Part shown: positions 1 to 9,589 of the stretch, piece after piece
Layout: every line of letters begins with the position of its first letter
How positions within the stretch are numbered: position 1 is the stretch's first letter
DNA from: Candidatus Rokuibacteriota bacterium
GTDB taxonomy: Bacteria; Methylomirabilota; Methylomirabilia; Rokubacteriales; CSP1-6
Assembly: GCA_003220685.1 (NCBI GenBank)
Contig: QHTE01000052.1
Location: 270,407 to 334,406, forward strand
DNA: 64,000 nucleotides
Direction: 5' to 3'
The notes under the pieces: model-generated
The model's database searches: none
The model's input: only the letters and a program-made list of their open reading frames with translations
What the model was told of the DNA's origin: nothing
Made by a program: the position numbers and the translations under genes

Positions 1-670
1 AAGCGTGCTCCTTCACGATCGTCAGCAAGGTCTCGGTCGCCTGATCGAGATCGCGCGAGCCCCAGTAGCCCGCGAGCGCCGGGTCGAACATCTCGCCGAG
101 CCAGTGGACGATCACCGGCTCGCGCACCTGCGAGAGGATGCGTCCGTACACCTTCAGGTAGTCGCCGGGCTCCTTGGCACAGGCCGCCAGCGCGCGGCTC
201 GCCATCAGGATGATCCGGCCGCCGCAGCCCTCGATCCACGCGCACTGCTCCTCGTAGGCCGCCTCGACGTCGGCGATCGTCACGCGCGGCCCCGGCTCGA
301 GCTGATCGGTGCCGGCGCCGGATGCGAGCACGGCGCCCGGGACGGTCTTCGCCTCGGCGACCGTGCGCCGGATCAGCTCCTTCGCGGTGCGCCAGTCGAA
401 GCCCATCCCCCGCTGCGAGGTGTCCATCGCCTCGGCGACCGCCAGCCCGAGCGACCAGATGTGATGGCGATAGCGGAGGGTCGCGTCCCAGTCGAGCGCC
501 ACCTCGAGCGTCGGACTGATCGGCGCGAGCGGATCGGCGACGACGTGGACCGCCGCCATGCCGATGCGGCGCCTGATCGGGCCGGGTGGCGCCGAGACCG
601 GCGCGCGGCCGGCGAGCGTGTAGGGCGCGAGCAACCCGTCACGGCGCGGAAGCTTGAAGGTGGTGAGCAT
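1..670 (-). CDS. DUF993 family protein (dihydrodipicolinate-synthase-like); C-terminal part lies outside the window
   Basis: Absent from the ORF track because it runs off the left edge. Complement ATG at 668-670. My reverse translation reads MLTTFKLPRRDGLLAPYTLAG...AEAMDTSQRGMGFDW...EPVIVHWLGEMFDPALAGYWGS, matching the conserved blocks I recall for DUF993. The + strand ORF 5..736 is its Arg/Ala-rich shadow. Confidence 0.7.
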   Translation of the reverse strand, partial: MLTTFKLPRRDGLLAPYTLAGRAPVSAPPGPIRRRIGMAAVHVVADPLAPISPTLEVALDWDATLRYRHHIWSLGLAVAEAMDTSQRGMGFDWRTAKELIRRTVAEAKTVPGAVLASGAGTDQLEPGPRVTIADVEAAYEEQCAWIEGCGGRIILMASRALAACAKEPGDYLKVYGRILSQVREPVIVHWLGEMFDPALAGYWGSRDLDQATETLLTIVKEHA

Positions 671-703
671 GACGTAGCCAGTTTACTCCACGGTCGCCCG
701 CGA

Positions 704-733
704 TTGACAGGCTCGCACCCGGTTCTGTATGGT
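704..733 (+). promoter_or_regulatory. Candidate sigma70-type promoter for the TrpB-like/cyclase pair
   Basis: TTGACA (704-709), 18-nt spacer, TATGGT (728-733). AAGGAGG (763-769) follows, 5 nt before ATG 775. Pattern match only. Confidence 0.35.
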
Positions 734-774
734 TAGCCCACTTTTCACCGGGGTTCCCTCCGAAGGAGGTCGGC

Positions 775-2154
775 ATGGTGTCCAAGGCGAACGATCGGAG
801 CCGCACGAAGTTCCTGCTCGACGAGAAGGACATCCCGACGAAGTGGTACAACATCCAGGCCGACCTCAAGACACCCGCGCCGCCGGTGCTCCATCCCGGG
901 ACGAAGAACCCGATCGGACCGCAAGATCTGGCGCCGCTCTTCCCGATGGAGCTGATCAAGCAGGAGGTCAGCCAGGAGCGCTGGATCGAGATTCCCGAGG
1001 AGATCCGCGACGTCTATCGCCTGTGGCGCCCCTCGCCGCTCTATCGCGCGCGCCGTCTGGAGAAAGCGCTCGGCACGCCCGCGCACATCTACTACAAGTA
1101 CGAGGGCGTGAGCCCGGCCGGCAGCCACAAGCCCAACACGGCGGTGGCGCAGGCGTACTACAACAAGAAGGAAAAGGTCACGCGGCTCAGCACCGAGACC
1201 GGCGCCGGCCAGTGGGGCTCGGCGCTCGCGCTCGCCTGCCAGCTGTTCGGCCTGCAGTGCAAGGTCTACATGGTGAAGGTGTCGTATCAGCAGAAGCCGT
1301 ACCGGCGCATCATGATGGAGACCTGGGGCGCGCAGGTCGTGGCGAGCCCGAGCACCGACACGCAGTCCGGCAAGAAGGTGCTCGAGCAGGACCCGAGCTC
1401 GCCCGCCTCGCTCGGCATCGCGATCAGCGAGGCGGTCGAGGACGCGGCGACCCGCGACGACACGAAGTACTCGCTCGGTAGCGTGCTGAACCACGTCCTC
1501 ATGCACCAGACCGTCATCGGGCAAGAGGCGAAGAAGCAGCTCGAGCGCGCCGACGCCGCCGCGGACATCGTCATCGGCTGCGCCGGCGGCGGCTCGAACT
1601 TCGCCGGCCTCTCCTTCCCGTTCGCGGCCGACAAGCTCACCGGCAAGAACAAGAAGGTGCGGATCATCGCGGTGGAGCCGTCCGCGTGCCCCAGTCTCAC
1701 CAAGGGCAAGTACGTCTACGATTTCGGCGACACCGTCGGGCTCACGCCGCTGGTGAAGATGCACACGCTCGGCCACACGTTCATCCCGGCGCCGCTGCAC
1801 GCCGGCGGGCTCCGCTACCACGGCATGGCGCCGCTGGTGTGCAAGCTCTACGACGAGGGCGTGATCGAGGCCCAGGCGGTGCCGCAGCTCGCCACGTTCG
1901 AGGCGGCCGTACAGTTCGCGCGCACGGAGGGCATCATCCCGGCGCCGGAGTCGGCCCACGCCATCCGCGTCGCGATCGACGAGGCTCAGCGCGCCAAGCG
2001 CGACGGCAAGCGCCGGACGATCCTCTTCAATCTGTCCGGCCACGGACATTTCGATCTGGGCGCGTACGAGGCGCACCTGAGCGGCAAGCTTCAGGACTAC
2101 GAGTACCCGGCCGCGAAGGTCGAAGAAGCGCTCAAGAGCGTGCCGAAGGTGTGA
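775..2154 (+). CDS. TrpB-like PLP-dependent enzyme (TrpB2 branch of tryptophan synthase beta)
   Basis: 459-aa ORF with a strong SD. Has the [16 protein letters not shown]-lysine block, the [11 protein letters not shown] glycine loop, and an N-terminal extension typical of TrpB2-type proteins. Confidence 0.9.
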   Translation: MVSKANDRSRTKFLLDEKDIPTKWYNIQADLKTPAPPVLHPGTKNPIGPQDLAPLFPMELIKQEVSQERWIEIPEEIRDVYRLWRPSPLYRARRLEKALGTPAHIYYKYEGVSPAGSHKPNTAVAQAYYNKKEKVTRLSTETGAGQWGSALALACQLFGLQCKVYMVKVSYQQKPYRRIMMETWGAQVVASPSTDTQSGKKVLEQDPSSPASLGIAISEAVEDAATRDDTKYSLGSVLNHVLMHQTVIGQEAKKQLERADAAADIVIGCAGGGSNFAGLSFPFAADKLTGKNKKVRIIAVEPSACPSLTKGKYVYDFGDTVGLTPLVKMHTLGHTFIPAPLHAGGLRYHGMAPLVCKLYDEGVIEAQAVPQLATFEAAVQFARTEGIIPAPESAHAIRVAIDEAQRAKRDGKRRTILFNLSGHGHFDLGAYEAHLSGKLQDYEYPAAKVEEALKSVPKV

Positions 2155-3809
2155 TCGTCGTACGCCGCCTGCGGCTCGGGGCGGCGTACGTCTTACTCCT
2201 CTACCTCACCCTTCACTTCACCAACCACGCCCTCGGCCTGATCTCGCTCGACGCGATGGCCGCGGGCCGGTGGTGGTTCCTCGCCCTGTGGCGGAGCGCT
2301 CCCGGCGCGCTCGCGCTCTACGGCGCGATCACCGTGCACGGCGTGCTGGCGCTCTGGCTCCTGTACGACCGGCGAAGCCTTCGCATGCCTCTCTGGGAGG
2401 CCGCGCAGTACTCGCTGGGGCTCTTGCTGCCCGCGCTGCTCGTCGTCCACGTCGTGGGCACGCGCATCGCGTGGTGGCGCTTCGGCACCGACGACTCGTA
2501 TCCCCGGATCGTGCTCGGACTCTGGATGCTTTCTCCCGAGCACGGCGCCCGTCAGGCGCTCACCCTGGTCCTCGCCTGGCTCCATGCGTGCATCGGCGTG
2601 CACTACTGGCTTCGCTTCCGGCCGTGGTATTCGCGGGCGCTGCCCTGGCTCTTCGCCTCGGCGCTGCTCTTACCGACACTGGCGCTGCTCGGCTTCGTCA
2701 GCGCCGGCCGCGAGGTGGCGGCGCTGGCGCGGACTCCGGGCTGGACCGAGGCGATGCTGCGCGCGGCGAAGGCGCCGGGACCGTCCGAGGCCGCCCAGCT
2801 CCTGGCGATCCGGCGCGGCTTTCTGCACGCCTACCTGGGCGCGCTCGTCCTGGTGCTCGCCGCGCGCGGCGTGCGTCATCTGCTCGAGCGTCGCCGCTCG
2901 ATCCGCATCGCCTACCCGAACGGCCGCGTGGCGGTTGCGCCCGCCGGGTTCACGATTCTCGACGCGAGCCGCCTGGCGGGGATCCCGCACGCGTCGGTGT
3001 GCGGAGGCCGAGGGCGCTGCTCGACCTGTCGCGTGCGCATCGCGAGCGGGCTCGAGTACCTGATGGCGCCAGGCGAAGCCGAGCGACGCGTGCTGGCACG
3101 CGTCGGCGCCGCGCCCGACGTGAGGCTTGCCTGCCAGACTCACCCCACGCACGACGTGTCGGTCGAGCCGCTCCTGGCCCCGTCGATCGCCCCGGCCGAA
3201 GCCTTCGGCACCGACGCGCGCCAGGGGCGCGAGCAGGAGCTGGCCGTGCTCTTCGCGGACCTGCGCGGGTTCACCCGGATGGCCGAGAACAAGCTTCCGT
3301 ACGACGTCGTGTTCGTCCTGAACCGCTATTTCGAAGCGGTCGGCACGGCGATCACGCGAGCCGGCGGCGTCACCAACCAGTTCATCGGGGACGGGGTGAT
3401 GGCGCTCTTCGGCATCGAATCGGGCCCGGCCGCCGGCTCCCGCCAGGCGCTCGCGGCGGCCCGCGCGATGGTCGCAGCGGTGAGCGCGCTCAGCGCCGAG
3501 CTCGCCGCCGATCTCGCGGCCCCGCTCCGCATCGGCGTGGGCATCCACACCGGTCCCGCGGTCGTCGGCCGGATGGGCTGGGGCGAAAGCTTCTATCTCA
3601 CCGCCGTCGGCGACACGGTCCACGTCGCCGCCCGTCTCGAGCAAGCCACCAAGGACTACTCCGCCGAGCTCGTCGTCTCGGAAGACGTCGCGCGCCACGC
3701 GGCTCTGGACCTCTCGCGCTTCCCCGCCCACGACCTGACCGTCCGCAACCGCGCCGGCCAGATCGCCGTAAGAGTCATCGACCGCGTCTCGACGCTCCCC
3801 ACCACATAG
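2151..3809 (+). CDS. Membrane-anchored class III adenylate/guanylate cyclase with internal 2Fe-2S ferredoxin domain
   Basis: In-frame GTG 2151 overlaps the upstream stop (GTGA). About 270 aa of His-bearing polytopic membrane region, then [10 protein letters not shown]...LACQT (2Fe-2S motif of the NqrF/reductase type), then cyclase blocks [28 protein letters not shown] and [11 protein letters not shown]. The track start at 1686 is an upstream artefact inside the TrpB-like gene. Confidence 0.85.
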   Translation: MIVVRRLRLGAAYVLLLYLTLHFTNHALGLISLDAMAAGRWWFLALWRSAPGALALYGAITVHGVLALWLLYDRRSLRMPLWEAAQYSLGLLLPALLVVHVVGTRIAWWRFGTDDSYPRIVLGLWMLSPEHGARQALTLVLAWLHACIGVHYWLRFRPWYSRALPWLFASALLLPTLALLGFVSAGREVAALARTPGWTEAMLRAAKAPGPSEAAQLLAIRRGFLHAYLGALVLVLAARGVRHLLERRRSIRIAYPNGRVAVAPAGFTILDASRLAGIPHASVCGGRGRCSTCRVRIASGLEYLMAPGEAERRVLARVGAAPDVRLACQTHPTHDVSVEPLLAPSIAPAEAFGTDARQGREQELAVLFADLRGFTRMAENKLPYDVVFVLNRYFEAVGTAITRAGGVTNQFIGDGVMALFGIESGPAAGSRQALAAARAMVAAVSALSAELAADLAAPLRIGVGIHTGPAVVGRMGWGESFYLTAVGDTVHVAARLEQATKDYSAELVVSEDVARHAALDLSRFPAHDLTVRNRAGQIAVRVIDRVSTLPTT

Positions 3810-3824
3810 TCAGCACATAGTCAG
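3803..3824. repeat. Perfect 11-bp tandem duplication (CACATAGTCAG x2) spanning the cyclase stop codon
   Basis: Read directly: 3803-3813 and 3814-3824 are identical. The TAG at 3807-3809 is the cyclase stop. Confidence 0.9.
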
Positions 3825-3907
3825 CGCCAGGGGCAGCGGACGCGTGCCGCGTGGTCCGGTCGCACCCCACCCCGCACCCCGCCGCCCCGGTCGACGTTGA
3901 TGGAACG

Positions 3908-4987
3908 TCAGGAAGAGAGAATGCGATCGTACCGCCCGTACTCGCGCGCCGCGTTCATCATCCACTGCACGCAGTCGGGATCGGCGCGCGGCGGCAGCTC
4001 GCACGAGGTCGACAGGACGAAGCGCGAGCGCTTGCCGGCGGTGTCGATGCAGCGCTTCACCTCGGCCTCGATCTGCTCCTTCGTCGCGCGCTCGAAGATC
4101 GTCGCGTCGACGTTGCCGATCGCGACCACGTTGCGCTGGTTGCCGAGCGTGATCAGGCGGTCGAGCTGGTCGACCTTGAGCGCCGGGTCGCCCTGCTGAT
4201 CGAGGTCGATCGTGATCGCGACGAAGCCGACGTCGACCAGGTCTTCGTGGATCTGATGCGTGGTGCCGCAGATGTGGACGGTCGTCCCGACCTTCTTCGC
4301 GCGAAAATAGTTCACGAGCTCCTGGTGGTACGGCTTGATGAACTCGCGGTAGGTGTCGGGCCCGACCAGCGAGCACGAGGCGGTCGGATCGGAGTAGCTG
4401 AGACCGATCTTCGTCCCGAGCACGGCGTCGCCCACCTGCTTGGCGTACTCGGTGGTGAAGCGCATCAGCTCGTGGACGAACGCGGGGTCGTCGATGGTGT
4501 CCAGGCACATCAGCTCGGGATTGCGCAGGAGCATCGCGATCGTCCACGGCCCGACCAGCACGGCGCCGAGCCCACTCGGCAGCCGAGCCGCCGAGAGCGC
4601 CGCGCACTGCTCGAGGAAGGCCGGCAGCCGGCCGGCCGCTTTCGGATCGGGGATCTCCAGGCGCGCGAGCTTGCCCTTGTCGTCCTGGAGGACGTGCTGA
4701 TCGATCGACGGGACGACGTAGTCGGAATACTTCACGCGGCAGCCGACGGCTTCGGCTTCCTTGGCGAGGTCGTTGAAGGCCACCATGATGTCCGGCTGGT
4801 AGCGCTCGTAGTAGTTCAGCATCGCCCGGACGGCCTTGGTGGGATTGGTGCAGTACTCCTCGATCGTGAGACCGTCGAGGCACCCGGCGAACGAGCCCGC
4901 GATCGGGTACGCCGGCACGCGGTCGGCGTAGCCTCCCTTGTAGGCGGCGACGACCCGCTCGCGCCCGGTCACCTCGCCGGAGCTCAT
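3908..4987 (-). CDS. Uroporphyrinogen decarboxylase (URO-D) family protein, MtaA/CmuA-like
   Basis: Real start is MSSGEVTGRERVVAAYKGGYADRVPAYP at complement ATG 4985-4987, a 4-nt overlap with the upstream LLM gene. URO-D-like sequence runs throughout (DIMVAFNDLAKEAEAVGC, VHICGTT). The 654-aa track ORF is an upstream extension through the LLM gene. Confidence 0.8.
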   Translation of the reverse strand: MSSGEVTGRERVVAAYKGGYADRVPAYPIAGSFAGCLDGLTIEEYCTNPTKAVRAMLNYYERYQPDIMVAFNDLAKEAEAVGCRVKYSDYVVPSIDQHVLQDDKGKLARLEIPDPKAAGRLPAFLEQCAALSAARLPSGLGAVLVGPWTIAMLLRNPELMCLDTIDDPAFVHELMRFTTEYAKQVGDAVLGTKIGLSYSDPTASCSLVGPDTYREFIKPYHQELVNYFRAKKVGTTVHICGTTHQIHEDLVDVGFVAITIDLDQQGDPALKVDQLDRLITLGNQRNVVAIGNVDATIFERATKEQIEAEVKRCIDTAGKRSRFVLSTSCELPPRADPDCVQWMMNAAREYGRYDRILSS

Positions 4988-5991
4988 GCTCGCGATTCTA
5001 GCATCGGCGCGAAGGCGCCCAGCGTGCGTTTGACCTGCTCGGGCGTCAGGTTGGGGCGCAGGAACACGAGCGGCATGTCGGCGCCGGCGGCGTGCCATTG
5101 TGCGAGGCGCTCTCGGGCTTCCGCCGGCGCGCCGAACGCCGTCAGCTCCTCGAGCAGGCTGTCGGCCGCCGGCGGAACCTCGCCGGTGAACTTCGGGCTG
5201 TTGGCGCCGAGCACCGCGTCGATCTCGCGGCCGAATCCCTGACGCGCGAGCGAGCGCCGGTAGAGCGGGCCCATCGTCGTCAGGTAGAACGCGACGAACC
5301 ACGCGGCGCCCGCGCGCGCTTCGGCCGGATCGTCCGCCACCACCGTCGGCACCGTCGGATAGACCCACACGCGCCGGCCGGGACCACCCGAGCGCGCCGC
5401 GCCCTCGCGCAAGAGCTCCAGCCCCTGCGCGAGAGACCGCCGCGGATACAGGAACGGAAGCCAGCCGTCCGCGACCTCGCCGGCGAGCCTCACGGACTCG
5501 TCGGTGAGCGCGGCCAGGAAGATGGGCACCGCGCCCGTCGGAGCGAGGTTGAGCTTGAGCGGCCGCGCCCCGGTCGCGACCGCGAGGGGAACGCGCTCGC
5601 CGCCGAGCAGCGCGCGCACCTGCGTCACCGTTCGCCGCATCTTGGCGAGCGGCGCGATGAACGGGACGTCGTGCAGACCTTCGGTGAGCTGGGCGGTGCT
5701 GGCGCCGAGACCGAGGACGAAGCGGCCCGCCGAGACTTCGGAGAGGCTCGCCGCGGCCATCGCGAGCGTGCCGGCGCTCCGACCCCAGACCCCCAGGATG
5801 CCCGTGCCGAGCGCGAGGCGATCGGTTCGAATCGCCATCTCGGTCATCAGGACCGTGACGTCGTGCGCCCACGTCTCCGGAAGAAAATAGGCGCCGTAGC
5901 CCAGCTGCTCGGCGATCGCGCCGACACCGAGGAGCGCTTCGCGGCGGTTGTCGAGCGGCATCACGCTGACGCCGAGAGGCCTGGCGTTCAT
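4984..5991 (-). CDS. LLM class (luciferase-like) F420/flavin-dependent oxidoreductase
   Basis: 335-aa ORF with typical LLM blocks: EQLGYGAYFLPETW, GRFVLGLGAS, GEVADGWLP. Confidence 0.85.
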   Translation of the reverse strand: MNARPLGVSVMPLDNRREALLGVGAIAEQLGYGAYFLPETWAHDVTVLMTEMAIRTDRLALGTGILGVWGRSAGTLAMAAASLSEVSAGRFVLGLGASTAQLTEGLHDVPFIAPLAKMRRTVTQVRALLGGERVPLAVATGARPLKLNLAPTGAVPIFLAALTDESVRLAGEVADGWLPFLYPRRSLAQGLELLREGAARSGGPGRRVWVYPTVPTVVADDPAEARAGAAWFVAFYLTTMGPLYRRSLARQGFGREIDAVLGANSPKFTGEVPPAADSLLEELTAFGAPAEARERLAQWHAAGADMPLVFLRPNLTPEQVKRTLGAFAPMLESRA

Positions 5992-6030
5992 GATAGAAGG
6001 GTGTGTTAACTCTTAGCAGAGGAGCGCCAC

Positions 6031-7290
6031 ATGATCAAATCGTGCGTGGCATTGGCCGCCGTGATCTTCGCGGCGGTGGCCACGCCGGCGCCGGGTCACG
6101 CCCAGGTCTTCCTGGCTTCGCAGCCGCACCCGGACTTCATGATCGGGCCCCTCTTCGTCGTCGCCAGCGTGAGCCCGGGCGTCCCGCACGTCACGGCCAA
6201 CCTCTCGTGGAGTCTCACGGCGGGTCCGGTCACGCGCAAGGCCGACATCGGGCAAGACCTCTTTCTGCTCTGGCCGGCGGAGGTCGTGGAGCCCACGGCG
6301 CCCGGCCCCGCGGAGCCTCAGCTCGTGCGCGAGGTGGAGCGCCGAGGCCTCGCCGTCGTGAGCAGCGGGCGTCTCGTGCTGAGGAGCCGCGACCGCATGC
6401 TGCTCGGCACCACGGCGCTCGGCGAGCCGGTCGCGGTGACCCCCTCGTACGTCAATTTCACGCGGCCCGGGACTCAGGCCGGCGTCGTGACGTACATCAA
6501 GATCCCGTGGACGCCGAGCATGGCCGATCAGCTCTCGATCGTCACGCTCGTCCTCCCGCTCCGTGGCCTCCTGACGCCGAAAGCGGGGACGTGGCTCGAG
6601 GATCTCTTCTGGGGAGGCCGTCAGGTCCTCACCACCGGCTTCGGCGATCTCGGCCCGCCGGCGCTCGGCCTCTTCGCGCTCTACTACGAGCGCCGCGACC
6701 GCATCGTGCACCTGGCGCGCGACTACTCGCTGGTCATCGCCAACTTCGGCGACTCCGACCATCTCAAGATCGAGGAGATCTCGCCCCCGACGGCGGTGCG
6801 CCGCCAGAGCCGCGTGCGCGCGGGCGGCGAGGTGGTGGCGCTGACCCTGCTCCCGTCGCAGGACGTCGCCGCCCAGAGCCTGCGCGTGCAGTACCACTAT
6901 TTCGCCGGCCGCATCAACTGGCGCCCGATCGTGATCTCGGCCCTCATCTTGCTGGTGACAAACTTCGCGGGCGTGCTCATGTTCAGCATGGACATCAACC
7001 GCCGCATCCGTCGGCGTCGCCGGGCCCGGCGCCGGTTCGCGGCGGCGGCCGCCTCGGCGAACGGCGACGTGCCGTCGCGCGACTCCCTCGTCACCCTGAT
7101 CCCGGCCGGCACGCGCTACGACGAGGTCGTGGCCCGCTTCGGCCGCCCGGACGAGGAGCACGAGCGCATCACGCCGCCCGGCCGGCGCACCATCATCTAT
7201 CGCGCGTCCAACGGCGCGGAGCAGAGCGAGGTCGCGATCGAGCTCCACGACGATCGCGTTCGCGAGGTCACGTGCGTCACCACCCGGTGA
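6031..7290 (+). CDS. Hypothetical exported protein with C-terminal membrane anchor
   Basis: 419-aa ORF with SD GAGGAG. Signal peptide MIKSCVALAAVIFAAVATPAPGHA. One predicted TM helix (IVISALILLVTNFAGVLMF) followed by RRIRRRRRARRR and a roughly 75-aa cytoplasmic tail. I recognise no family. Confidence 0.7.
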   Translation: MIKSCVALAAVIFAAVATPAPGHAQVFLASQPHPDFMIGPLFVVASVSPGVPHVTANLSWSLTAGPVTRKADIGQDLFLLWPAEVVEPTAPGPAEPQLVREVERRGLAVVSSGRLVLRSRDRMLLGTTALGEPVAVTPSYVNFTRPGTQAGVVTYIKIPWTPSMADQLSIVTLVLPLRGLLTPKAGTWLEDLFWGGRQVLTTGFGDLGPPALGLFALYYERRDRIVHLARDYSLVIANFGDSDHLKIEEISPPTAVRRQSRVRAGGEVVALTLLPSQDVAAQSLRVQYHYFAGRINWRPIVISALILLVTNFAGVLMFSMDINRRIRRRRRARRRFAAAAASANGDVPSRDSLVTLIPAGTRYDEVVARFGRPDEEHERITPPGRRTIIYRASNGAEQSEVAIELHDDRVREVTCVTTR

Positions 7291-7309
7291 ACACTCGAGG
7301 AGCGAGCGA

Positions 7310-8377
7310 ATGATCAAACCCTACACCGCCGTCGGCCTGATTCCCACCGTGCGCGGCATCCGCAAGCGCGGGGACATCAAGATCAACCTCGAGCACCTCT
7401 CGCACCTGGTGAAGGCGGCGTCGTGGCTCTCGAGCCTCGACATCCCGGTGCGGCTCATCGCGTTTCCCGAGGGCGCCTTGCAGGCGTTCAACGACGAGGT
7501 GCTCGACCTCGATCACGTGACGTTCGCGCGCGAGTGCGCGATCGACATCCCCGGCGAGGAGACCGAGGCGCTCGGCAAGATCGCCAGGGAATACAACGCG
7601 TTCATCATGGCGCAGGCCAAGGCGAGGCATCCGGACCTCAAGGACCGGTACTTCAACGTCGGCTTCATCATCAACCCGCGCGGCCGGGTGATCCTCAAGC
7701 ACTACAAGGTCTCCCCGCTCTTCCCGGTCGAGCACTCGGTCTGCCCCCACGACGTGTACGACTGGTGGGTCGAGAAGTACGGCAAGACCCTCGACGCGTT
7801 CTGGCCGGTCGCCGACACCGAGATCGGGCGGCTCGGCATCATGATGGCGAACGAGGGCTCGTATCCGGAGAACGCGCGGGCGCTCGCGCTGAACGGCGCC
7901 GAGGTCGTGTATCGCGCGTCGTATCCGCATCCGGCCACCGGCAACGAGATCTTCGAGATCCAGAGCCGCGCCCGCGCGCTCGACAACAACATGTACCTCG
8001 TCGCCCCGAACATGGGGACGTACTATCTCTTCCCCGAAGAGACGACGCCGATCGACACGTTCGGCGGCCGTTCCTTTATCATCGACTACAAGGGCCGGAT
8101 CGTTGGCCGGCAGGACTACGGCGCCGGCTCGACGTACGTGGGCGGCGTGATCGACATCGAGGCGCTCCGCGATCACCGGGCGCGGGCGCAGTGGGACAAC
8201 TGGATGAAAGATCTGAGAACCGAGCTCTACCAGATTCTCTACGAGCGGCCGATCTACCCCAAGAACCTCTACCTGAAGCGGGCGCCCATGAAGCACGCGG
8301 AATACCGCGAGAAGGTCATCCGGCGCCAGATCCGGCTGATGCACGACCGCGACATCTGGAAGCGGCCGGCCCGATGA
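7310..8377 (+). CDS. Nitrilase-superfamily protein of the aliphatic amidase/formamidase branch, nucleophile Cys replaced by Ala
   Basis: 355 aa. IAFPEGAL (catalytic Glu block), HYKVSPLFP (Lys block), and GIMMANEGSYPE, which aligns with the AmiE/AmiF block GLIICDDGNYPE. Long amidase-type C-terminal extension. Confidence 0.85.
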   Translation: MIKPYTAVGLIPTVRGIRKRGDIKINLEHLSHLVKAASWLSSLDIPVRLIAFPEGALQAFNDEVLDLDHVTFARECAIDIPGEETEALGKIAREYNAFIMAQAKARHPDLKDRYFNVGFIINPRGRVILKHYKVSPLFPVEHSVCPHDVYDWWVEKYGKTLDAFWPVADTEIGRLGIMMANEGSYPENARALALNGAEVVYRASYPHPATGNEIFEIQSRARALDNNMYLVAPNMGTYYLFPEETTPIDTFGGRSFIIDYKGRIVGRQDYGAGSTYVGGVIDIEALRDHRARAQWDNWMKDLRTELYQILYERPIYPKNLYLKRAPMKHAEYREKVIRRQIRLMHDRDIWKRPAR

Positions 8378-9405
8378 GGGGCCGACTCGTCGCCGCGCTG
8401 CTGTTGCTGCTACCGCTGCCGGCGGCCGCCGAGCTCAAGCTGCCCTCGGGCTTCACCGCTCAGGTCTACGTGACCGGCGAGGGCTTCGACACCGACGCCA
8501 CGCGGGGCATCCGCGGCATCCCGGCCACCTCGACGCTCGTCTTCGATCAGGCCGGGCTCCTCTACCTGGGGCGCACGGGACGGCGCTACTTCGGCGCCGA
8601 GGCCTACGACCTCTGGCCCGTCTACCGGATTCCCGCGGGCGGCGCGCGGCTGAGCCCCGACGTCGAGGGCCGCTACTTCTACGGCCCCCCGCTGATCAAC
8701 CCGCAGGTCGGCGCGGTCCGGCGCGGGCGCGAGCTGTTCGTGACGACCTTCGATCGCGAACGGAAAGTCGGCGCGCTCTATCGCATCGTCGACGGGCGGG
8801 CCGAGCTGTTCGCCGGCGGCACCCCCGAGCGTGGCGCTCGGCCGATCCTCAAGCAGCCCGAGGCAGCGGCCGTCGACTCGGCGGGCAACCTCTACGTCGC
8901 CGATCGGGCCGAGGGTGCCGTCGTCCGGCTCGACCCCGAGGGCCGCGTGCGCGATCCGAAGTTCGTCGCGATCTCGCGGCCCCGGCTGCTCACCGTCGAC
9001 GACCGGGACCATCTGTGGGTCGGCAGCGACGGGAGCGCCGAGGCACCGTACCAGCCGGGCCCGGGTGAGATCGTGCGCGTCTCTCCGCAGGGCGTCGCCG
9101 AGGTCGTCTACCGAGGGCCGGTCGTCGCCTCGTTCGGGGTCGGCCCGGGCGGCACGCTCTTCGTGGCCGATCGCCACGAAAAGCAGATCTTCGCCCTCGC
9201 TCCCGACGGCAAGCGCATCGAGTTCGCCAGCTTCACCGACGGCGACCTGCCCCGAAGCCTCGTCTTCGCGCCGCTCACCCAAGAGGCTCGCCGCGCTGGT
9301 GTAGCCGGCGATCTGTTCGTGATCGCGATCAAGGGCGGCACGTGGCCCGTCAACGAGGTCCTGCGTATCTCCGGCCCGTTCGACGATCACGTCCGGCCGC
9401 GCTGA
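8374..9405 (+). CDS. Secreted beta-propeller protein (NHL/SMP-30-like repeats)
   Basis: ATG 8374 overlaps the upstream stop (ATGA). Signal peptide MRGRLVAALLLLLPLPAAA. Repeated LYVADR/LFVADR-type blades. The track start at 7423 is an artefact. Confidence 0.75.
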   Translation: MRGRLVAALLLLLPLPAAAELKLPSGFTAQVYVTGEGFDTDATRGIRGIPATSTLVFDQAGLLYLGRTGRRYFGAEAYDLWPVYRIPAGGARLSPDVEGRYFYGPPLINPQVGAVRRGRELFVTTFDRERKVGALYRIVDGRAELFAGGTPERGARPILKQPEAAAVDSAGNLYVADRAEGAVVRLDPEGRVRDPKFVAISRPRLLTVDDRDHLWVGSDGSAEAPYQPGPGEIVRVSPQGVAEVVYRGPVVASFGVGPGGTLFVADRHEKQIFALAPDGKRIEFASFTDGDLPRSLVFAPLTQEARRAGVAGDLFVIAIKGGTWPVNEVLRISGPFDDHVRPR

Positions 9406-9589
9406 ATCCTCCCGAGCCGATCGGGCATCCGTCCCAGGAGTTCCCGGAATTGTGCCCTGGCGCTGTCGCGGGTCCGATCTCTAAACGACTGATTTCGCGG
9501 GTCTCGACGTCAGGCACGCCTCGTGCTTAGCAGCCACGTCCAGATGTAAGTGACCGAACAGGGGTGCAAGGCGCCCGGAGGTGATTGCA

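Noticed and set aside
745-2076. Long antisense/shadow ORFs opposite well-supported genes (also 12142..13515, 14716..16263, 29020..30324, 55950..57494, 39276..41168 and many others in the track)
   Set aside because: They have low-complexity Arg/Ala/Gly/Asp/His composition, no recognisable motifs, and complete overlap with genes that have strong family signatures and SD sequences.
3908-5872. 654-aa version of the URO-D-like gene
   Set aside because: The N-terminal roughly 295 residues are Arg/Ala-rich shadow sequence overlapping the LLM gene. An internal ATG at 4987 gives a normal-length URO-D protein with an ATGA overlap to the LLM stop.
9466-9503. 9-nt direct repeat TCGCGGGTC (9466-9474 and 9495-9503) as a regulator binding site
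   Set aside because: It is too short to distinguish from chance in GC-rich DNA. It is mentioned only as context for the spacer finding.
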